A stretch of DNA of 64,000 bases. It comes from Magallana gigas (lineage: Eukaryota). The notes below the pieces were generated by a model. That model was not told where the DNA came from. It made no database searches and worked only from the letters and a program-made list of their open reading frames with translations. Where the stretch lies: positions 14,384,001 to 14,448,000 of the forward strand of contig NC_088859.1 of NCBI RefSeq assembly GCF_963853765.1, written 5' to 3'. Positions 25,408 to 36,257 of this stretch are shown here, in pieces (position 1 is the stretch's first letter; each line of letters starts with the position of its first letter). The translations under genes and the position numbers were made by a program.

Positions 25408-26916
25408 TACGTACAGTTGATTAAAAAAAAAGGTAATGAAAAAATCATATCCATTAATATAGGTAGGTATTCGACAAGGGTAATTTAAGCGTACACATGT
25501 ACATTCCTTCAGGCTTGTGTGTTTCGTATAGACTAGTTCTTAAATCTTTCACTGTATAATAATTTATCATAAAAGCCTCAGTGAAGGCATAATAATTTTT
25601 TTTTATTAAAATGATCATTTTTAAGTTAGAAAATATAAAACATGAAAATAACCCATCCGGTAAGCGGCAGGAGTGCCCTTTTCGCGGCGGGCGAATGCAT
25701 TCTGCGTATGAATTGTCTACTTACCTGATTTTTACTTAGTTTGTGTTAATTAATGAATATAAAGTCAACTTTTTACTGCTATTAGATTTTATTTTGTTGG
25801 AGAAAATTAAAATTATCCATCAATTAAACGGCGGGCATATAGATTTCTTCTGCTACCGTATGAATTTTACGTACGAGTTATCTACCTTTACCAACATCTT
25901 TGATTTTTCGTCGATAAATCCGTAATAAAAGCTTATACAAATATTTTGTTGTGTGAATTATAATTATTTTATCACATTTAATCAGAATCAATCATTATTA
26001 TATCGATATATAGCCGCATTTGCCGTGGGACTTACGTGGGACTTACGTGGGACTTGTTTTCCCCGTGGGACTTGTTTTAGTATCAGCGGAGAAAAAGTCC
26101 TTCTGCAATGTTTTGTTGTCAGTTAGATCATGTTTTCCGTTGAGTTGGCGTTATAAAGACGTCATTATTTAGGATTACTGTTTTAGATAGGATATTAGGT
26201 ATTTCTATACAAATGGGTGAGGAGAGTTTGTTTTTAATTAGTGTTGGTTATTGATGTAATATTTGACTAATGATATCAGTTATGAGCAAAAATAAAAAAA
26301 ATGATAGGCACACCCTATATGTTCATCACCATGATCATATGCATAAACCATGTTCATTATGATCGTGTACTGCAAAATGAGTGGATTATTAATAAATGAA
26401 AACACGGATGATTTATACTAAAGAATTACATATGTTAATCAAGGAAGGTAATAATAACTGATCCTGAATTATTAATGAAATTTAGGATTCATAAAACACA
26501 CTGCATACATACATATATCACACTGCATAAATAAATATATGTAGTGTCATTTAATTTTATTTAAAAAAGAGAAATTTTCTCCATCAGGTAAAAATATTAC
26601 AATACTTAATCATTGCAACACTGGAAATGTTTAGAGATGAAATTGTCTTCAAACATTTTGTTTTAATCTTCTACTGGTAGAATTTAGAATTATAGATTTG
26701 CACAACTTGCAGAAAAAAGATGTACAACTAACTGCTACATATTTATTGAAATTTTTATAGTAGAAAACAATTCAGCTTTATGAATCCTTATTTAGGAAGA
26801 TGAAATCAAAGCATCATTGACAGCAATATGAAACAACCTTATTTCATCGAGTGACCATGTGATGTGATTTGGCCTCCTCAGTCACCATAGGTAATGAACA
26901 AATTGTGGAAGTGGAC

Positions 26917-29902
26917 ATGAACCAACCCATGTCCTTTGGTGTCCAGCGTGAGGTTCAGTTCCGCTTCCTCTGTCCCAATGACATTGATGAAGTCAAAAGA
27001 CTGTGTACAGAATGGTTTCCTATAGAGTAAGTACCAGTAATACTACTAAATCTGGATGTGAAGGCTTATTTTTCAATATTTTTTAAAATGCCGTTTAAAT
27101 CTAAATCTCTTCTTTGCAGTTTTGGCTCTTGGAAACATGTATTGAAAAACCTTAATTGGAATCAAATTGTTTGCAACTTATACTTATGAAAAAAAACAAA
27201 CCCACCAATATTGGGATTGTCAAACTCTCTTTGATGGTTCTCTTAAACTTTTATGCACAGAAATCAGTAGTCTTCTTTGTGGTCAATCATGCATATTTGT
27301 ATGGTCATAATTTTCAATTTCAATTTCAATTTCAATTTCTTTATTAACCAATTAAGGGCCCTCAAGGGGCAACATGAAGACTGTTGACATACAACATCCA
27401 ATGAACATAAAACATTCAATAAACATATACAAGAGGGAAAGAGCTGGATGATTAAAAGAACTATGACAGACATGAACAATTAAATAATATATATGTATAT
27501 ATATATGTATAATTATGTATGTTTCCATACATTCAATATAGTGTCTTCTATATATTTATGTTAAACACCATATACATAAATATGTCAAGATACAAATGCA
27601 CATACAAATTTGAAATAGTTTATCATATGATTGAAAAATTAAAAAAACCAATATTTGAATAGGAAATACAAATTAGGTCATATGTAGTATCAACAATGAG
27701 GTAAAGGTTGCAGCATTTTTGCAGTAACACTGGGTGAAAATAATGCTGTATACAGTATTTTATCACATACCAGAACATGTACTTAAAAAATGTAAGTTTA
27801 GTAATATCATGCAACTTATGATGTATTTCATGCTTTGACAGGTACCCTGACACCTGGTACCAGGAGATAACTTCTAACCCCAAGTTTTACTCGCTGGCAG
27901 CCACATACCATTCCAGGATTATAGGGATTATTGTGGTGGAGGTCAAACAGCTGGCCAACACCAACAAAGAGGTCAGCACACTTTTTGTATGACAATTGAC
28001 TTCAGTGTAATGATATTGCCTTAATTAAGATTCATGGCTTATGATGTCTAATCAACTTTTCCTTTACTGTTGTAGGATGCAGACATTCTGGCTTCATATA
28101 ACTCCTCAACTTGTCAGGTGGCCTACATTCTGAGTCTGGGTGTAGTGGTGGACTACCGGAAACATGGAATAGGTATATATTGTGCATGGAATAGGTATAC
28201 ATTTTACACGGAATAGGTATACATTGACATGGAATAGGTATACATTGTACACGGAATAGGTATACATTGTAGATGTTTTTCTCCATGAAACATGGAGTAG
28301 GTGTACATTGTAGATACTTTTCTCCATGAAACATGGAATAGGTATACATTGTATGGTAGATTCTTTTCTCCATGAAACATGGAATAGGTATACATTGTAC
28401 GGTAGATTCTTTTTTCCATAACTTCTTTGATTACTGTAAACATATTACATTTGGCTGTGTATTCTTTTTAGTATTTTTGTGCGAAAAGCTGCTTCAGCTA
28501 AATCAAGTACATCTCTAAATGTCATTCATGTATGTTTAAGAAAAGGCACATACAGAAATATGCGAATTCAAATCCACGAAAACTTGTGACAAAATCTTTT
28601 TTCACCAATAATTGTACATGCTGAATCGCTAAATATAATACATTTACAGTAAGCTGTTTATGGCCTATTGGCTGATTCCCATTAGATTTTGATGTTACAA
28701 AATGTGATTAAAATGTTTCAAAATAAAGATTTCTGTCAGTATTACTTCTTTTACTTTTTGGATACTTTGCTGTTATATGATGAAAGGCTAACCTTTTCTC
28801 AAATCTGACTGCACATCAATGCCAGGCTGCAGGCAATATGCAAGTATATGTAATTGAATTTAGGTTTTTATACCCACTGCAAAAAAAGGTTCAGGGGTAT
28901 AAAAGAATCATCAGTCTGTCTTACACATTATCATCAACATGGCTTTTATATGTATATAAAAAAAATTATACAAAGATTTATTGGGGTATTACATGTGGTC
29001 CTTCTTGGAAATCTGTAGCTAGCTTAAAATGCCATTTCCTTGATATTCAGTAAACAAAATGTATTACTGGGTAAATATGTACATATATTGAGTTTCAATT
29101 GTTACAAATATCAACTTCTTTTTTTCCAGCCTCATTACTGTTGGATAGCTTGATCTCATACCTCACTGCCAAGGACCGCTACAACTGTAAGGCCATCTAT
29201 CTCCATGTCCTGGCCACAAACTGTGTGGCCATCAAGTTCTACGAGAGGAGGCGATTCAAGGTTCACAGTTTCCTCCCCTACTACTACTCGATACAAGGAA
29301 AGCCCCGGGATGGATACCTCTATGTCTTGTACATTAATGGCGGCAAGCCTCCATGGTCCACTTTATATCCTTTTATTCTTATGAGATGTGTAAGATAGTT
29401 CAGTATTTTATTCACTCAAGACCAGTTCATTGGTATAAGACGTACGTTCAACATAAGTAAATGCAAATGAACACAAAAACAGGCATGGATCACAAGTACA
29501 AGTTATTGTAATAAAGATAAGAATATACAGTAGGTTGTATAAGTTTTCATAGGAAGAGCAGACCTCGAGAATTTTCTTTAAAAAGTTTGAGTTTTTAGTT
29601 TTTCTACATACTAAGTATTCATCTGCTTTAGATCTTCATAATATCCCGTAGACAAAAACATTTTTCTATCATTTGCAAAATGTGTACATTCTAAAATATA
29701 TCATTTTTAACAGATGATAAAGTGCTTTTTGTATATATATATTTTTTTTCATCCTTTTTTCTTCCTTAATGAATTCACTGATTATATCATGAACATGGGA
29801 GAGATTCTAATGAAGCTACAACCTTGTGCCCTACCAAGGCAGATCATACGGAGCGTACGTGGATGGTTTTGTCGTCTTCTGGCTGGGGCCACCTCTGACT
29901 AG
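26917..29902 (+). CDS. NAA60: N-alpha-acetyltransferase 60 (NatF), 231 aa; exons 26917-27026, 27842-27971, 28076-28172, 29130-29364, 29779-29902
   Basis: EWFPIEYPDTWY, FYSLAATY, VAYILSLGVVVDYRKHGIA, CKAIYLHVLATN, FLPYYYSI, YVLYINGGKPPW, followed by amphipathic tail DYIMNMGEILMKLQPC. Last intron is AT-AC. Total 696 nt in frame. Confidence 0.95.
28160..28420 (+). repeat. Minisatellite of the NAA60 exon3/intron3 junction (CATGGAATAG|GTATACATTG)
   Basis: GT copies at 28173 (true donor), 28195, 28217, 28238, 28260, 28301, 28342, 28388; units 21-46 bp. Confidence 0.92.
29365..29778 (+). other. U12-type (minor spliceosome) AT-AC intron of NAA60, 414 nt
   Basis: 5' site ATATCCTTTT at 29365; branch point TTCCTTAAT at 29762-29770; terminal AC at 29777-29778. 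Joining gives in-frame PPWSTF-DYIM. Confidence 0.93.
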
Positions 29903-30439
29903 TCATCATTCCATTTCCTACTGGGGAGCATCTCAAAAGAATGTGTTTTTATCAGGGAGCATCTCAAAAGTATTCTATGGATATGTATAAGAATATATAT
30001 CTAGTACCATGGTCTTTCTTCCATTATCCATAAATGTATTTCTCAAAGTGTAACTTCTAAACTTTATGATTTTATTTATTTATGTGAGATATCAGGAATA
30101 TTGCAGGATTTATAAAGATTAGTTTTATGTGTAAAAGTTCAAAATAAAACCACTGTATTCTAACATACAGATCTTAAGTAGTAATATTTACCAGTATATG
30201 TATTTGATAGGTGATCATACGATATTAAATATGCACACCAAGATGTGATGGAAAATTATTAGTTTTACTGAAATCATTTTTACTCTGTAATACAAAATGG
30301 AATTCTACAAAAAGAAAAAAATCATTGCTTATCAAGTTGGCAAGTCAGAGTATTTCGAAAATTTCTTCTTCTTTTTTTGATAATAATTCAAATAGATAAT
30401 TCTCCTGATGTCATGTTACCAATAGTGGTATTTATTTTT

Positions 30440-30440
<1 letters not shown>

Positions 30441-30477
<37 letters not shown>
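30441..30477. repeat. (CT)n microsatellite
   Basis: Pure dinucleotide run. Confidence 0.97.
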
Positions 30478-30480
<3 letters not shown>

Positions 30481-33400
30481 GTCCTTACAAAATTACATCA
30501 TCACTGTTGTATACAAGTTAATTGTGTGCATTGATGACAATAGATAGTGCTTTAAGTTATGTAAGTACACATTTTAAACAATCTTAATTTTTCATTTTGA
30601 TTATTTGATGAAGTTTTGCATGTGTATTAAGCAAAACAAACTTCTTAATTAGTGTGTGTATGGTTTGTATGAAATTTGTGAATGTGTTGATATAACATTT
30701 TATTCTAGCAAAGAATTTCATTTTTTTAAGGGTTTTTAAATTACTGCCTACTGAATATTCATATATATTGACACATATTGACACTGATTATTCATCATAT
30801 TGACACATGGCATTATTTACATGTAAAAAAAAAATCACACATACAGGCACTCCTAATTGTAATTTCCTCTCTGATACCCTGTGTAGTAGTTTTAATGTCC
30901 ATTCTAACTCAAAGGAAATGAAGTAAAAAATTTAAAGAAAATTATTCATGCCACAAGTCCTTAACATTCCACATAATTTATCACTGTCAAATTGAAGTCT
31001 GTTTTAAATTAGATTGAGATGATTGAGGCACTTTTATATCAGTAAGAAGATTTTAAACAATCCTGTTGAGGATATCAGTACAAAATGCTCTTTTGATCAT
31101 GTATCATTTCTTCAAAAATTCCACCCATTTTTTATATTTTTGAAACACAGAACAACTAATAACCCACTGAAACAAAACCAAAGGGTTCCCTTTTCCAAAC
31201 ATGCCCATGGTGCATTTTTTGTGTGTCATGAATGGAAATTAATTTTATTTACTTTGAATATTTCTATCTTTGAAAAGAGACTGATTCTTCATGCCTGTGC
31301 AATTTTTCTTTGGTCAGAGTGCATGAATTTAACATATATGTAAACTACTTTAAAATGAGAAATACTTTTATATCCATTTTCGAAACTCAGTATCGATCAC
31401 CAACAACATCATTTTTTATGTAAAACTTTGGGACATCTACACTTAAGACACATACCGGTACTTACGAATGAGCAACTGGATGAATGTATTGTCTGCAATG
31501 TTATAGATTGTATGATTGTGTTGCTTTTGATTGACTCTATTATGAGTGTATGAAAAGAATGATCTCATTAAGGTTCATGAGACAGTTAGCAGGGTATAAC
31601 TTTGTTTGTTTCCTGGCATACTTATTTACTGATAAGTATGATCCCAATTTTACTTACTGAACATTTAGCCTTCTTTAGAGAAAAGTGTTAAACTTTTTAT
31701 TTTAGCTTTCTTAACTTTATATTTATTCCTTTTTTACATTTACATACACTTTTAAGTTATTTTTTGTAGAGGAATGTAAAACTTTTCAGATTCAATACAT
31801 GTACTGCAATTGCATTGAATATATCGCCATAAATTCAGTATGTTGATGAGATCCTGTAGAGTTTTTTTGTCCTAAAATGATTTCAATTTGTGACATGAAA
31901 ATTGATGTCATATTTCATGTATCAATTTAATGCATAATAGATTTCTTGATGAACAAATGTATAAAGATTGAACCCCAAACCAAAGTCCTCTGTCAGTACA
32001 ATTCATATCTTCTTCTCTTGAAAATGTTCCTGAGTCAAAATTTTTGTTTTGATGAAGATGAAGGTCATGATAATTTGAAAGTTCGTTGATGTTTAAGACT
32101 AGTACTTGTAAATAAATTTCATATACTGTTAGACCAGTAGGATTTCGGATTACATGTATAGGAGTCTTGACTCAGCTGGCTTAGTTCAAGGTTATGAAAT
32201 TAAGATTGTACAAATCGTGTTTCATGCTTTTGGTCTACAGATAGCATGAGCATGACTTAGTTATTACCGGTACATGTACAAGCATTTGAAAAAAATGTGT
32301 GATTTAACAGTGGAATCTTTTTTTATTTGTATAATTTATGTTTACAGCATTCCTTAAAATCACAAAATTTCCATTTTCAATTGTTCCATTGAAAGAGAGA
32401 TGATTGATTTAAATTGTATCAAACTGGGGTTGAATTTAGCTCAATTTTAAAAAGGAAAAAAAAAAAATAATAATAATTTTACATACCAACCTGTAGGTTG
32501 GTTCTGAATTAGGAGTAGACAAACAATTCTTTAAAAATTGTAAATTTTATCATTTTATTGATTTTTTTTTAAGGAAAACATCAATAGTGTAGAAAGAAGG
32601 ACATTTTCATATCCATTCCATGGCATTTTCATCACATTGAAAACTAATATACATGTAGCCTCTCAACTCTCGATCCTCTTCATGTCACTATCCTACTAAA
32701 TTGTCACATCTACAACATCTTACATGTATATGTCATGGTATTACATTATGTGTATAATATTATAATGTTGATCACAACGCCTGATAACTCACCATACCAT
32801 CTCTGTGATATATAACGTGTTATATCACACATAAAGCTGAAATCCAACTTCACATGACTGTATTATGGCTAGAAAAAAAACAACTGTGTGCCATGAATCA
32901 GAAAATATCAATGTGTCTACAAATGTTGTTTAGGTTTCAAGTGCTAACTGACAACACCAATAAGTTGCATTTCGTCTGTGATAGTGCTGAACACCTGTTT
33001 GTATTGTACACCAAGATTTTCTCTGTCCTGTACTCTTAAAATTTTGATTTTTGTTCATCCTTTAGTTGTAAATCCATATTATCTGTATGATACCGATTAG
33101 TACCAAGTACATGTATGTATATGCCAGTTCAGAAAAAAATTATTATAATTATGGTACATGTAAGTTGATGTAATAATGACATTTGGATTTTTTTATTTTA
33201 GTTTTCTCTGTTTGAATGTAAATTGTCTTTTCTTTTAGTAAATTAAATTTCCATGACATAATGTCAAACTTAATTATTTCTATTTTTTTGACATTACAAA
33301 TATATGCAAAAAACACAAAGACATCCTGAATATATTGGTTTTAACTAATATTTAAATGAGGGATCTATATGATTAAAAATAAAATTCAATAAAATGAATG

Positions 33401-34344
33401 GAAAAAAAAAATTGTACAGTATTAATTAATTAATATCTATCTAAGTTTCTATGTATATGAAAACTGCTATTATATTTTTCATGTGTTGACCATTTATAAG
33501 TCTAAGAATTGGTATAAAAAAGTGCATACATGTATTAACGTCTGTGTCATACCATCAATTCATTAGCTGCAATCTTTTCTGAAACACAGAGTTACATGTA
33601 CTGGTACATTACAAACTTGATGTGTGTGTACAATGTAGTGTCAAAATCACGAAGCACCTTACCTTGATTTCATTGACTTTATACTTACATATAATACGTC
33701 CTAATTACTGCCCACCTAATGCAATTGAATTTATCAGGTGTAACCTTGCTCTTTCTTCTAATGTTACAATGCTTAAGTCATGAATTTTTAACTTAAATCA
33801 ATCTAGAACACAAGCAATATAAAAACTGGTAAAATGTGATTGGATTTGCCACATCTATTATTACTCAAGAATTATCCAAAACCTTGAATTTTATTTGACT
33901 GGACCGTGTTCTTTTGATGTTTTTTTTAAAACAGAGTAACAAGTTAACCTGTTCCAGTAACAAGGGCAGTGATTGGGACTGATTGGTTTCTGTTAATGTT
34001 TGTATACAGAGTGTCCATTGATTTGTGAGGTTCTATTCCTTGTTATCTACACATTGTATGATTTGTTAATGTCTTTGTGTTATTGTTTTGGAGTCTAGCA
34101 TTCATTACCATATTATTGATGAAATAAAAGAATCGAAATTATCAGAAAATTGACTTAGAGTTTATTCTTACTCTTCTGATATGGGGATTTAAAGAATTAT
34201 GAGACATAAAAACTTAAACAAAAATTAAGTCTCTTGGGTAAGCTTATAGAAGTACCTGGAATGATGTTTATCTTTAAAAATGCAATGGGGTCTCAGTTTA
34301 TTGCATACTTTAGATGGCAACTTTGCTATCTCAAAAATCATCAC

Positions 34345-34732
34345 AGTCAAGAGCTAGAAGACATAAGATAATGATCTCTAAAGCTCTGTTTATGTAGAGC
34401 AGGCCAATATGAACTTAATCATTGTCCTATAAATTCAATCAAGGGAAGTGCTCTCCCCTTGACCATAGACTCTATGTGAGTGAAGTATGAACCAGATTGG
34501 ACCAAAGGGAGAAAATTTTTCATAAATTCTGCTATTACCTTAATTTCAGACCTATAAAAATGGTTCAAGGTCACTGCAAACTCTTTACCCAAAGGTACTC
34601 TGGGTGATGTGTGATCCAGATAGGGCCAAGGGGAGAGAAGATATGCTCTTGACAAACAATTTTGAATGGAAAGATGGACTGATCGACACGATAAGGTGCC
34701 GCAGAGCATGGCCCTCATAATAATTAAATGAG
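34345..34732 (-). mobile_element. Helentron-associated non-autonomous (HINE-like) repeat fragment
   Basis: ACAAGAG-type end, TGACC motifs, degenerate GTCC microsatellite and a GGGCC..GCACC terminal segment resembling bivalve HINE-like repeats. Confidence 0.4.
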
Positions 34733-34760
34733 ATAAACAAAATGAAATCTTCAACGAACA

Positions 34761-35420
34761 TTTTTATACCCCCCCAAAACGAAATTAGCCCGGGGGGGGG
34801 GGGGGGGGGGGGGTATATATAGGACAGAGAAACATTGGAAGTTCTTACTTCACACAAAAATTGATAATGACCTTTGGGTGTGTCATGACCTTGACCAAGG
34901 TCATTCAGGCCAGGGCAAGGTCACTGGCAGAAAAAGTGCAAAATTTCTTATGGTGAACCATAGGAAGTTTTAACTTCACATAAAGATTGCTTGTGACCTC
35001 TGGGTATGTCATGACCATGTCCCAAGGTCTCTCTGGCAAGGTCAAGGTCACATGCAGGAAAAGTGACAAAATTTAAGTCTGGTCCATTTCTTTCATTAGT
35101 TTACTACAACCATTGGAAGTTTTTACTTCGTAAAAAGATTGATTATGACCTGAGAGTGTGTCATGACCCTGACCCGACGTCAAGGTCAAGATCACTGACA
35201 GGAAAAGTGCAAATTTTTGTCAGCTTTGTATCTTTTTATGTAGAAGCATTAGAAATTCTTACTTCACTCAAAGATTGCTTATGACCTGATGGTGTTATCA
35301 ACTTGACCCTAGGTCATTTGGGCTAGTTCAAGGTCATTGTTTAAAAATGCTTAATACCTGTCTGTGTCATGTCTTGTATTATTGGAAATGATTAGAAGAT
35401 AAAATTTGACACAAAGCTTG
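34761..35420 (+). repeat. HINE-like element with ~4 diverged 130-150 bp internal tandem units
   Basis: Starts TTTTTATACCCCCC...GGGG; repeated units TTACTTCAC..AAAGATTG.TTATGACCT...GTGTCATGACC...AAGGTCA...GAAAAGTGCAAA. Confidence 0.6.
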
Positions 35421-35704
35421 CCTGTGTCAGGCCACTTAAAATTGTTAGATTCTCATCCCCACCTGCCCCTCTGTAAATGGCCCTCCCCCATGTATTTTAT
35501 CTTTTTTTGAAAAAAAAATTGTGTGGAAAAAAATTTTTGGAAAAAAAAATGGGCTTGGTAAAAATTCAAAACATTTAATGGCTGCTTAACATATAGATTA
35601 TCATTTGATTCTATTTCTAGTCATGTTTGTTATCATAAGGATACACGTCTTCGTGCATTAACAGTTATTAAAGTTGAAAAACAAGTGAAAAGCTGTCAAT
35701 GTGA

Positions 35705-36030
35705 CAGCAAACCGGGTTTTTTTTAATGTAAACTGTATCCATAATCCATGTCAACCGGTATCCAGTGAAATGGAGTACCCTATATGCAATATTTTGCAAA
35801 AAAATGACTAAGTTCAAAAGCTGGTATTTTTTTCATAAATTACCAGAAATCAAAATCCTCTGATACATGTACAATTGATCTGCAAAAGAACAACTTCCTA
35901 TCTTGAGAACTGTAGGAGGAGATATCCGTACAATCAGGGTACCCTTTTGGCAGCCGCCCACCTTCCCGCCATTTTCACCATTTTAATAACCGGATTTTTC
36001 CGTTGGAAAACCCGGTTAAAAATGGAATTA
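35705..36030 (-). mobile_element. HINE-like repeat fragment with terminal hairpin
   Basis: Hairpin AACCGGATTTTTC-CGTTG-GAAAACCCGGTT at 35988-36017 next to an A-run; matching AAACCGGGTTTT near 35710. Confidence 0.45.
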
Positions 36031-36257
36031 AAAAAAAATAATAAAGCAGTTGTCATTGATACAACATGGACATAGCATCAATCATTTTCTATAATAGAAA
36101 AATACTGGAGTTATGATTTTTTTTTAGCGGGGGCTATCATTTGTGAGCTTCATCACAGTACCTCTGATTGCTTTAGCAATACAGTTTTTGTTGACTCAAT
36201 ACAGTTACATGTAATTCCTCTCATGAAAAAGAACATAGTTTATAATAACAAACAATT

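Larger units (their letters stand above)
20243..26088. mobile_element. Non-autonomous Mutator-like (MULE/foldback-type) DNA transposon, 5846 bp, ~500-bp TIRs, 9-bp TSD
   Basis: TSD GAGAAAAAG at 20234-20242 and 26089-26097. Left terminus GGGTGATACTAAAACAAGTCCCACGG; right terminus CCGTGGGACTTGTTTTAGTATCAGCG. 20243-~20745 aligns by eye as the reverse complement of ~25596-26088 with scattered substitutions and small indels. No intact transposase ORF inside. Confidence 0.85.

Noticed and set aside
28160-28420. Possible CRISPR-like array (short repeats with variable spacers)
   Set aside because: Units are 21-46 bp, spacers are related to each other, the repeat is the exon/intron junction, context is eukaryotic and no cas genes are present.
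28032-28443. Repetitive minus-strand ORFs (MYTYSMFHGEK...)
   Set aside because: Translations of the NAA60 intronic minisatellite on the antisense strand; no independent coding signal.
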